Shown here piece by piece: positions 1 to 10,304 of a stretch of 64,000 nt of DNA. Both the position numbers and the translations under genes were made by a program. The notes beneath the pieces were generated by a model. That model searched no databases and had not been told where the DNA came from. It saw nothing but the letters and a program-made list of their open reading frames with translations. Within the stretch, counting starts at the first letter, position 1, and every line of letters begins with the position of its first letter. Source of the stretch: Rhizaria sp. SCN 62-66 (Eukaryota); the NCBI GenBank assembly GCA_001724265.1, contig MEDY01000007.1, forward strand, positions 62,001 through 126,000, in the 5' to 3' direction.

Positions 1-1
1 C

Positions 2-3000
2 GTCATGCTCGGCTTCGATCGCTTTTTCACGCGCTACTGGATGCTCGGCGTGCCCGGCGGCCCCACGCTGCTCGCGGCGGAGCGCAACCCGCACCCGCTG
101 GCCGCCACGGTCGCGCTTCCCGTCGAGCCCCCCGCGCCCGCCACCGCCACCGCCGCTGCCGCCGCGGCTGCTGCCGGGGCAAGTGGGCTGACGACGCCGG
201 TCGGCACAGCCGCCGCACCGGCCGGCGCGGCGGGCACAGGCATCTCGGCCACCGACGCCGCGGCCCCCGCCGCCGCGCCGGCGGGCCCTGTCGCGCTGAC
301 CGGCGCCGACGAGGCCGCCGTGCGCGCGACCCTCGCCGCGCCGGTGCCGCTGAAACAGCACTGGACTCTGTACAACGACGAGAACGACGTCAAGACGCTG
401 CTGGCTAGTCTATCGACCGTGGGCACGCACGAGGTCGCGCTCCGGACCGCGATTGAGCACGCCATCAAGGACTGCAACACGCAGGCCGCGAACAGCGGGA
501 ACGGGGACAGCGCGGGCGCGGTGGCAATGAGCGACGACGCCGACGCCGCTACCGCGAGCGCGAGCGCGAGTGCGACTGCTGCTCCTGCTGCTGCTGCTGC
601 TGCTGCTGTGTGCGTCCCGTTCACGATCGCGCTCCCGCTGCCCCCCGGCGCCCCCATCGCCTTAACCCCGGCCTCGTCCGCAAGTGGGAGCGCGGATGGG
701 CACACGGCGGGGGACGTCGCGACCGTGGACGTGGGCGGCGTGCCCGTGGCCGCGCCGTTCCCCGTCGCCGCCGCCATGACCGACATCGAGGCGTTTAGCT
801 TCGAAACGATGGCCAAAGTCCTGCGCTCGACTCTGCGCGCCGCCGTGTTCTCTCCGCTTACGAGCTCTGCGGCGACCGACGGCAGTGACGACACCGCCTC
901 TGCGTCCGCTGCTGCCTCTGCCGCTGCCCCTGCTGCTGCGGCGGCGGACGGCGTGAACGCCATCTGCACCGAACCCAGCGCGGCGGTCTGCAACGGGTGG
1001 CACCTGTGCCACGTCTGCGTCGCCCCGGTGCACGCCGCGAGCCAAGAGGCCTTTGCCGCCAGCCAGTCCGCCTCGGTTCGCACTGAGCAGCTGCAGCAGT
1101 GGCACTGCGGCGCGTGCCACACCACGCTCTTTGGCGTGACCGCAGTCGAGGCCGCCGCGCACCGCGGCGCTTGCGACGGGCAGCCCTCAGCGGAGGCCGC
1201 ATCGGGGCTGGATGTGCTTTCGGGGTCGGACTCCGAAGACAAGAAGGCGGGTTCTGACGCCGACGAGAGCGTCGGCAAGGACGGCAAGAAGGTCGCTGCG
1301 AGCGACGCCAAAGAGGTCAAGATCGAGCCCAAGGACACTGATGTCAAGCTTGAGATTCCCGCTGGTGACAAGATCGGTACCGATGCTCTCGCTGCCGATG
1401 TCACCAAGATCAAGACTGAGAACCAGGCGATGACCGACGCGGACTCTGAGAGCAGCAATAGCGCCACCGCGGACCCCAGTGCGAGCGCGTGTGCCGACGC
1501 GGCGCTTCTGTCCGTCTCCGAGTCCCCGAAGACAGACTCCGACAAGGACGACAGCAAGGACGCTACCGACGCGAAGGCCGACAAGAGCAAGAGCAAGAGC
1601 AGCGACGACGACGACGATAGCGACGACGACAGCGACGCGGAAGAAGAGGATGACGAGCGCGAGTGGGAGGGCCAGATGGCTGAGCAGGAGACGCGTGAGT
1701 TCGCCCGCCACCAGTGGCGCGCCACCGCCGACGCCGCCTCGCTGGCGGCGACCAGCGCAGAGTTCCGCGCGCTCAAGGCGAGTCTGTTCATCATCGAGTC
1801 GGCGCTGCCGGCCGAGGCGTTCCGGCTCCCCGGCTGCAAAGAGGAGAGTCTGGACGACATCGTGGCCGCCGCGGCCGCGTTGACGATGACCAGCGACGAG
1901 CAGGACGGCGACGGTGACGGCGACGACGACGAGCTCATCGACGACGACGACGATGAGAGCGCCGACAGCGAGGACGACGACGACGACGACGACGACGACG
2001 ACAGCGACGACGGCGTCGGGCTGCCCCGCAGTCGCCGCAGCGCCTCCTCCCGCTCTAGCAGTGCTGCGAGCAGCAGCAACCGCCGCCGGTCGAGCACTGC
2101 GGCGGCCGCAGGCTCTTCCGGCTCGCGCGCCGGCCGCCGCAGCTCGACGGCGCCCAGCCAGCGGCCGCGCCCCGCGGCGTCGGTCACCGTGCCCGCCGCC
2201 GCCCCCGTCGTCGGCACCCCGGTCGCCATCGCTGCGCTTGCTCACCGCCGCCTGCGCTGGCGTCTGCGGCTCGCGCGCTCCTTCACGCTGCAGTCACTGC
2301 GGAACCGCGTGATCGAGTTCGCCGCCTCGCTGCGCGTCTTCTGGATCCGCTCCTGGCTCGACGCGAGCGCGGTGCGCCACTACGCAGAGCTCACGCGCAC
2401 CGTGCCACAGCTCGCGTTGCTTGTGCACGACATCGACAGCGCGCTGGCCTTCTCGCAGGCCGAGGCTGACGAGGTGCGCGTGAGGCTGATCCAGTCCTCC
2501 GCGCACCAGGCCGCGATCTCCGCCCACGCGCAGGAGACGCGCGCCGCGAACCAGGCGGCCCAGGCCGCGGCCGCCGCAGCTGCCGCGCTGGCGCAGAAGA
2601 AGGCGCGCTCGGACCCGCGCGCCGTGCCTGGGCTGGACATTAACTACTGCCGCGTGTGCGGCGACGACAAGCTCATCACCGAGCCCGACAACGTGGAGCT
2701 CGTCTGTGAGGGCTGCGAGCTGCTGTTTCACCTCGAGTGCCTCACGCCGCCCCTCACCGCGGTGCCCGAGGGGGACTGGTTCTGCCCGATCTGTCTCGCG
2801 CGCCAGAAGCGCCGCGCGATGCCCAACATCCCCGTGCCGCAGCGCCCGCACCACCACAAGCCGCGCGTGGTTCCGGCAAACCTGGAGCAGCTGCAGTCGC
2901 GCGCCAAGGCCGCGGGCGTCAAGGCCGACGCCTCGAGCAGTAGCAGCGGTAGCAGCAGCAACAGCAGCAGCAGCACTATCAAGAAAGAGTCCGCTGCCGC

Positions 3001-3409
3001 GAAGTCGAAGAGCAAGGGGACGGACAAGGCTAAGAAGCCCAAGGCCAAGGCTGCGGCTGCCAAGAGCGGGAGCCGTCGCGTCCTTGCTGATGATGACGAC
3101 GAGGACAACGACGATGATGACGAGAGTGACAGCGCCGATGATGACGATGACGACGAGGACCATGCGTCTGGTTCCGATGACGGCAGCAGCAGCAGCAGCA
3201 ACAGCAGCTCGAGCAGCTCGAGCAGCAGCAGCAGCGGCAGCGACGATAGCAGCGACGATGACAGCGACGACGACAGCAGCGAGGACAGCAATGACGACGA
3301 TGACGATGTCAGCGACGGTGGCCACCGCCGCAAGCGCAGCCGCGGCGTTAGCAGCAAGCCCGCGCGCACAAGCTCTCGCAGCAAGGGCTCATCTTCGCGT
3401 CGCCGTTAA
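2..3409 (+). CDS. 5'-partial ISWI-partner chromatin protein (DDT/WHIM family, BAZ/RLT-like) with WHIM2, WHIM3, a Cys/His ribbon and a PHD finger
   Basis: Open frame from the window edge to TAA at 3407-3409. WHIM2-like LGFDRFFTRYW; WHIM3-like WTLYNDENDVKTLLASLSTVGTHEVALR; C4HC3 PHD finger CRVC...CEGC...FHLEC...WFCPIC (~2645-2795); acidic/Ser-rich tail. Confidence 0.8.
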   Translation, partial: VMLGFDRFFTRYWMLGVPGGPTLLAAERNPHPLAATVALPVEPPAPATATAAAAAAAAGASGLTTPVGTAAAPAGAAGTGISATDAAAPAAAPAGPVALTGADEAAVRATLAAPVPLKQHWTLYNDENDVKTLLASLSTVGTHEVALRTAIEHAIKDCNTQAANSGNGDSAGAVAMSDDADAATASASASATAAPAAAAAAAVCVPFTIALPLPPGAPIALTPASSASGSADGHTAGDVATVDVGGVPVAAPFPVAAAMTDIEAFSFETMAKVLRSTLRAAVFSPLTSSAATDGSDDTASASAAASAAAPAAAAADGVNAICTEPSAAVCNGWHLCHVCVAPVHAASQEAFAASQSASVRTEQLQQWHCGACHTTLFGVTAVEAAAHRGACDGQPSAEAASGLDVLSGSDSEDKKAGSDADESVGKDGKKVAASDAKEVKIEPKDTDVKLEIPAGDKIGTDALAADVTKIKTENQAMTDADSESSNSATADPSASACADAALLSVSESPKTDSDKDDSKDATDAKADKSKSKSSDDDDDSDDDSDAEEEDDEREWEGQMAEQETREFARHQWRATADAASLAATSAEFRALKASLFIIESALPAEAFRLPGCKEESLDDIVAAAAALTMTSDEQDGDGDGDDDELIDDDDDESADSEDDDDDDDDDDSDDGVGLPRSRRSASSRSSSAASSSNRRRSSTAAAAGSSGSRAGRRSSTAPSQRPRPAASVTVPAAAPVVGTPVAIAALAHRRLRWRLRLARSFTLQSLRNRVIEFAASLRVFWIRSWLDASAVRHYAELTRTVPQLALLVHDIDSALAFSQAEADEVRVRLIQSSAHQAAISAHAQETRAANQAAQAAAAAAAALAQKKARSDPRAVPGLDINYCRVCGDDKLITEPDNVELVCEGCELLFHLECLTPPLTAVPEGDWFCPICLARQKRRAMPNIPVPQRPHHHKPRVVPANLEQLQSRAKAAGVKADASSSSSGSSSNSSSSTIKKESAAAKSKSKGTDKAKKPKAKAAAAKSGSRRVLADDDDEDNDDDDESDSADDDDDDEDHASGSDDGSSSSSNSSSSSSSSSSSGSDDSSDDDSDDDSSEDSNDDDDDVSDGGHRRKRSRGVSSKPARTSSRSKGSSSRRR

Positions 3410-3886
3410 ATGCTTGAGACGACCGTGAATATCACTTCTCTTTTTCATGCGTTTTCAAGTACCGCATTGCGTAGACTCGTCGAACTTGTGAACTCGTTCT
3501 CCTCGCTAGTTAGTAATATTTTTAGTCGTCGTAGTGGGACAAAGGTGCTTATTTTGCTAGATGCAAAGTCTTAGCTTAAGTCCCGGCGATGGACTGGTAC
3601 TCATTGATTTATAAGTTGACTATTATTTCTCTATTTGACATTGCAATACATGTATCGCCCTGTACTCTTAACAAGTTGCCTATCGGATGTAATCAGTCGC
3701 TGAATGCATTAAAAACTAGTAACATGGAAAGTCATTCTCGCCCCACTTTTGGTTCGTTGTTCAAGTATGTGTATATGTATTAGTTCTAAGTAATAACATT
3801 CCACAAAACATAATCCGAGACAATTTCAAATTCAAATATACCTCCGTGGATCGAAGGGCAAGCGACGAGCAACGCTTACATTGAGC

Positions 3887-4146
3887 TTAGTCGAAGAGGC
3901 CGCCGCCGGACTTGCCGCCGGTCGAGTCGCCAAAGAGGTCGTCATCGTCGAACAGACTGGCGGCCTTAGTCGCCTTGGTCGCCGCGGGGGCGGCAGCGGC
4001 GGGCTTCTTGGCGGCGGGCTTGGCGACCGAGTCTCCAAATAGGTCGTCGTCGTCGCCGCCACCACTGAGCAGCGTCGCGGCCGCGGCGGCGGGCTTCGCG
4101 GCAGGCTTGGCAGCAGCAGCGGCCGGCGCCGCAGCGACAGGCGAGG

Positions 4147-4183
<37 letters not shown>

Positions 4184-7100
4184 GGCGGGCTTGGCGGGGG
4201 GCTTGGAGAATATGTCGTCGTCCTCGTCGTCGCCGAACAGCGAGGCTTTCTTGCTCGCGCTGCTCGAGCTGGCCACCGGCGACGCCGCAGGGGCGGCGGC
4301 AGCAGGGGCGGCAGCGGGAGCGGGAGCGGGAGCCGGGGCAGCAGCAGGAGTAGCAGCAGGCGCGGGCGCGGGCGCGGGAGCCGCGGCGGGCTTGGCGGCG
4401 GGCTTGGACGCGGAGCCGAAGATGTCGTCCTCGTCGTCGTCGCCGAAGAGGCTCGCGCTCTTCTTGGGCGCGGGGGCCGCAGCAGCCGCGGCGGGAGCGG
4501 CAGCAGCGACGGCCTTGGCCTTGGGGGCCGAGCTGAAGATGTCGTCATCGTCGTCATCGAAAGGGCTCTTGGCCGACGCCGTCGCAGTCGCGGGCGCCGC
4601 CGCGGCAGCCGCGATGGGCTTGGCGGGCGACATGACCGGCACGGCCATCGCGGGCACAGCGGGCGCCGGAGCCGCAGCGGTAGTGCTGGCGGCGGCGGCG
4701 GGCTCGGCCTCGTCGTCCTCGGCGATGCTGTAGCCGCTCGCGGCCGTGGCGGCCGCTGCAGCCGCGAAGTGGCTCTGGCTCGCTGTCATGCTCTGGCTCT
4801 GGCCCTTGGCGGGGCTGGCGATCGCGTCGGCGGGGTCCGCCGTAAAGCCCGCGCGCAGCGTCGACGCGCGCTTCGTGCGCCCGCCGATCTTGGGCTTGGA
4901 GAAGTGCTTCATCTCGGGCGCTGGACCAGCCGCGGCCGCCGCGGCCTCGGCCTCGGCCTCGGCCTCGCGCTGCGCGGTGGCCTTGGCCAGCACCTCCTTG
5001 GGGATGCCGCCCGCGGGCGGTGCGCCGAAGGGGTTAAAGCCCGCGGGCAGGCGGCTCGCCAGCGCGGCGGCCTTGCCCGCCACCGAAGGCCGGTGCGCGG
5101 CCTTTGACGGGGATGACGCGTCCGGAGCGGCGGCCTCTGCCTCGGCCTTCTTGTCCGTCTCAGCCTTCTTGGCAGCCTCGGCCTTGGCATCAGCCTCAGC
5201 CTTAGCAGCAGCCTCAGCCTTAGCCTTAGCCTTAGCATCAGCCTCAGCCTTGGCCTTAGCATCAGCCTCAGCCTTGGCCTCAGCCTCAGCCTTAGCCTTG
5301 GCATCAGCCTCGGCCTTGGCCTTAGTCTCAGCCTCGGCCTTAGCAGCAGCAGCCGCAGCAGCGGCAGCGGCAGCAGCCTCAGCCTCGGCATCAGCCTTGG
5401 TCTTAGCCTCAGCCTTGGCCTTAGCCTCAGCATCTGCATTGGTCTTAGCAGCGGTTTCCTCCTCAGCCTTCTTGGCGGCGGCGGCAGCGGCGTCAGCCTC
5501 AGCCTTCTGGGCCGCAGCGGCCGCGGAGGTGGCGGCAGCAGCGGCAGCCTCCTCCTCGGCCTTCTTGAGCGCCTCAGCGTCGGCATCAGCGGCAGCGGCA
5601 GCCTTCTTAGCGGCGGCCTCCTCCTCGGCCTTCTTGGCAGCAGCAGCAGCAGCAGCTTCAGCCTCGGCCGCAGTCGCAGCGGCGGCAGCAGTGGCAGCCT
5701 CGGCGGCCTCGGCATCCGCCTTGGCCTTAGCAGCAGCCTTCGCTTCAGCGGCAGCCTTCGCCTCAGCGGCAGCCTTCGCCTCAGCGGCAGCCTTCGCCTC
5801 AGCGGCAGCCTTCGCATCAGCGGCAGCCTTAGCCTCAGCCTTGGCCTTGGCTTCGGCCTCAGCAGCAGCGGCGGCCGCGGCGGCAGCGGCAGCGTTGTCG
5901 TTGCTGGCGGCCTTCTTGGCGCTCACGGCTCCGAACGGGTCGTCCTCGTCGTCATCGTCGAACAGCGCGGCGGCCGCGGCCTTCTTGACCGGCGCCGCAG
6001 CGACGGGCGACGCGGCGGCAGCGGCAGCCGGGGCGGCCGCGGGCTTGGCGGCGGGCTTAGCGCCGAAGAGGCCGCCCGCGTCGTCGTCATCGTCGCTGTC
6101 GAATAGGGACGCCTTGCTCTTGGCGGCGCTCGCGGCGGCCACGGGGGACGCGGCGGGCGCGGTGGCGGCGGCCGCGGGGGCCGCAGCGGGGGCGGCCGCG
6201 GCCGCGGGCTTGGCGGCGACGAAAGGCGCGCTATCGTCGTCGTCGTCGCTGTCAAAGAGACCAGAGCTCTTCTTGGCGGGCGCGGCGGCGGCAGCAGCGG
6301 CAACAGGGACAGCGGCAGCCTTGGCCTTGGCCTCGGCGGCGGCCTTGGCGGCGGCGTCCTCCTTGGCCTGTGCCTCAGCCAGGCTCACCTTGGCGGCGGC
6401 AGCAGGCGCAGCAGCGGGGGCGGCGGCGGGTTTGCCGAAAGCGTCGTCGTCGTCGTCGCTGTCGAATAAGCTCGCGCTCTTTTTCGCGGGAGCCGCGGCG
6501 GGCGCGGGCGCGGGCGCAGCGGCGGGCGCAGCGGCGGCGGGGACAGGGGCAGCGGCGGCGGCCGGCTTGCTGGAGCTGGACGAGGCGAACATGTCCTCGT
6601 CGTCGTCATCGCCAAACAGCAACGAGCCACCGGCAGCGGGCTTCGCAGCTGCAGCAGCGGGGGCGGCGGAGGCGGCGGGCTTGGCAGCGGCGGGCGCGGG
6701 CGCGGGGGCGGCGGCGACCGGTGCGGGGGCGGCGGCGGCGGCGGGCGCGGCAGGCTTGGGGGCGATGAGCGCGGCAAACTGGTCCTCCTCCTCGTCGTCG
6801 TCGCCGAACAGCGATGACAGCATCGCGTCCGTCTTGGCCGCGGCGGCCGCGGCGGCCGCGGACGCGCCCGCGGGGGCTTTGCCCGCGGCGCCGGGCTTCG
6901 TGCCGGCGGCGGCGGCGGAGGGCTTAGCGAAGAAGCCACCCGAGAGGAAGCTCTCGTCCTCGTCATCGTCGAAGTCGTCGAACATGGGCTTATCCTGCTC
7001 CTCCTGCTGCGGCTCCGGCGCGGCCTCGGCCTCCTTGGCGGCGGTTTTGGCGCCCTTCTTGCCCTCGGCCTTGGTGCCGCGGCGCGGGCGCGTGGTGGCC

Positions 7101-7384
7101 GCCGCGGCGGCGCCGTCGTCGTCGCCGAACAGCGAGGCGTCGGTCGCAGCCTTGACGCTTGCGGCCGACGGCTTGACGGCCGACGACCCGGCGCGCGCGC
7201 GGGGCTTCGAGTCGGATGCGGCGAACGCAGCCTCGGCGGCGGCGTCGGCGGCGGCCTTGGCGTCGGCGGCCGCGGCGGCCGTGGACTTAGTGGGCTTCGC
7301 GGCGGGGGCGGCGAGCTTGGCGTTAAGCTGGTCCTTGAACGACGCGGGCTCCGCACTGGCGCTAGAGCTAGAGCTGCTGCTCGA

Positions 7385-7440
<56 letters not shown>

Positions 7441-8708
7441 GCTTGGTGGGGGATGCGAAGAGGGCGTCGTCGTCGTTGCTGGGCTTGCCCTTGCTGCTAC
7501 GGGCGGGAGGAGCGGCAACCTCGTCATCGTCGTCGTCATCGTCGTCGGACTCGGGCGCGGGCGGGCGGCGGGCGGGGGCCGCGGCGGGCTTGGTGGGGGG
7601 ACGGCGGGCGTAGACGTCCTCGTCGTCCTCGTCCTCATCTTCGTCCTCATCTTCGTCCTCGTCCTCGTCTTCCTCGTCGTCGTCGTCCTGGTAGCGGGCG
7701 CGGCGGGACGAGGACGCGCCGCGGTTGCGCGCGGGAACAATGTCGTCATCGTCATCGTCGTCGTCCTCATCTTCGTCCTCATCCTCGTCCTCGTCCTCGT
7801 CGTCGTCATCGTCAGAGAACTCACTGTCTTCCTCATCTTCGTCGTCTTCATCATCCTCGTCCTCGTCCTCCTCTTCCTCGTCGTCGGGGTCCGCGGGGAC
7901 GTTGATGCCGGCCGTGTCGTCCTCCTGGAACGCGCGCGAGCCGATGATGAACGGCAGCGCCTGCTTGTTGTAGGGGTCGAACTTGGCGGGCTTCCAGACG
8001 CCCATGGGCGCGCTGTGGGCTGTGTCTTCGTCCTCGTCTTCGTCCTCGTCCTCGTCGTCGTGGTCGGGGAACGCCATGTGCGGGAAGTAGTCGACGGCGG
8101 CCAGACCGGCGCCGAGCGCGGCTGTGAACTGCTGCTGCACGTCGAGCTCTTGCTCCGGCTCGGCGGCCGCGGCGTCAGCGACGGGCTCGGGCTCGTCCTC
8201 CTCCTCGTCGTCATACACGCGGTTCTCAACAAACTGGGAGCTGGAGAGCATCATGAGATCGTTGAAGCACGTGTTGAGGCGGACCTCGGTAGCCTTGCTC
8301 TCGTACGACAGCGTTTCGAGGTCGTTTTGAAGTGTGGCGGTCTTGGAGATGATGCTGCCTGAAAGGTTCTGCAGCAGCGCCAGGAGGCGCTTGTCGGAGC
8401 CGAGGCTCCAGTTGCGGCATTCAGCGCGGAGTTCTTCCATGCTAGTGCGCGCTCTGGGTCAAAACAGAAAGGGTAAAAATAGCAAAAGCGGGGGGAAACG
8501 GTGAGCCACAAGGGGGAAGGCGCACATAGAGAACGGGGCCTTCAGGCGACCTCTGTCCGGAGATTTTAGCAAAGTATCTAGCACCCAGAAATAAAATATA
8601 AGAGACATCAAACACATCAACCTCTTAATAAAATCCCAATTTCTATAACGACGAGACAGAAACGCTCATATCTGACCTGGAAGAACATCGACGTCGGCGC
8701 GGCTTCAT
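3887..8708 (-). CDS. WASHC2: WASH complex subunit FAM21/WASHC2; main exon 8453-3887, possible short first exon 8708-8677
   Basis: N-terminal MEELRAECRNWSLGSDKRLL...LNTCFNDLMMLSSSQFVENRVYDD and LPFIIGSRAFQEDD match the FAM21 head. About 12 LFa-type motifs (e.g. SLFDSDDDDDAF, SLFGDDDEDDIF). Acceptor AG at 8455-8454; a 32-nt ATG exon (donor GTCAGA at 8676) joins in frame but is uncertain, the alternative start being ATG 8440. Ends TAA. Confidence 0.9.
5730..5840 (-). repeat. 18-nt coding tandem repeat encoding AEAKAA (about 5-6 copies) in FAM21
   Basis: Unit cagcggcagccttcgcct repeated directly, within a larger Ala/Glu/Lys-rich segment (~5150-5870). Confidence 0.8.
7385..7438. repeat. (GGC)18 perfect trinucleotide repeat encoding poly-Ala in FAM21
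   Basis: Read directly from the sequence. Confidence 0.9.
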
Positions 8709-10304
8709 TTTGATCTGGCGAGGACTGTGGGCACTCTTGCTTCAGTCCACCAACAGCAGTCGGTCCGCGTCGTTCGTGGTTGACCGAGGAGGGGGAACAT
8801 ATTGCAAATTGCTAAAGTGCGGATTTCTTACTGAAACAAATGTCACAAAGGATATGCCTGCGTTGACATAATGGGCATGTATTGCTCTATAAAGAAACAG
8901 TTGTATTATTGAGTCTCGTGTGGATTATTCTCGTCTTAGACTCGTTTTGAAGACTTACACTGAGGAGATTCCTGGAAGAGTAAGTGTAATTGCACAGACA
9001 GGCGAACCAGGACATAAACAGCTGAAGACAAAACGCAAAGAGTAACGCGACAAATGGTAAAGGACACATGCGTGATCACGCTATAACAACGGGAGACAAA
9101 ACAACAAAAACCAAGGGCGAGAGCAGCAGGCAGTCTCACGGCCAGAAACACTAGACAGCAGCAAAACAGCATCGAGTCATGCGTGCGCTCTCCAGAAGTG
9201 CTCCAACCGTGTGCAAAAAAGGCACACATATCCATACATAGGCAAGTTCAATGCAAGGGAGTCCATTTGTGTAGCACGAAGAGTTGGTGTGATCGAAGTG
9301 CGCAAAAACGCGGCGACACATTCATGATATGATCAGCAAACAACACGCACCGACACACGACATCGCAAAGCACTAAAAGGCACCAACAAAGAGACATGAG
9401 ACGGTCGCGCATACGGACCCTTGGGTTGCAATATACACACAAAAGAGTAACAAGCATAACATTTTGGTGTGTCTACGTAACGACCGAAAACACATATGAT
9501 ACAACAAAGATCAATAGAAACGATATGATAAGCGAGAAACATATTGAGAGACACGACAGGCAATTGACCATGGTGAATCATAGATAATACGCATATACAA
9601 CGAGAGATGTCACAAGACAACGCGTCGCAGATGGACAGCCTGGCGCATATCTCAGGAGAACATGAGTAGACAGTACAAACATGTGTCGCAACAGCAGCAC
9701 GTGTGTGTACAGATCACATAATATCGAACATGTACAACGTCATTACATGGCGCAGCGGCGTGTGTGACAAGCAGAAAACATGAGGGAAACGGGACGCGCC
9801 GCAGAGACAACAAGCGTAACATTGCAACCACACAGGTACACATGCATGCGACGTGAGTGAAACACGCATGTGCGTGGGTGAAGCTATGCGTGAGCGGGCG
9901 GGCGCGCGGGGTGTTGCGAGTGGCAGGAAGTGAGTGCAGAGCAAACAACACCGGATTAGTAGTAGTACAAAATACACAAGGTAGAAAACGAAAACAAACT
10001 TAACTGACTGAAACAAAAGATACGATCACAGAAACCGAAGAAAAAAAACCATTGACATCTGCAAACAAGGACACATAACAGCGTACAAAGGCATGGTTGA
10101 TGTTGTTCGTCGTCACAAGGATTGGTGTCGGCAATAAAAATATCCACCTGATAGCACGAGTAACCAGACGAAACATAAAGCATCTTATCACAAAAAGCGT
10201 GTGTCAAACGAAACATTCTGAATCAATTTTCCGCTTATCTTGCAAAAACAAATTGAAATACTCGAATTCGCATCGATCTCAATGCGCCATGCGCAGTGCG
10301 GCAC

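Noticed and set aside
34-7613. Long antisense ORFs (e.g. 34..2229 -, 4746..7613 +, and similar ones across the window)
   Set aside because: They mirror real genes codon for codon. GC-rich, Ala/Asp-rich coding makes antisense stops rare, and they carry no domain motifs.
8887-10216. Short Cys/Phe/Leu-rich ORFs in AT-rich spacers (also 50022-50910)
   Set aside because: Products of T/G-rich UTR-like composition; they lack the codon bias of real genes.
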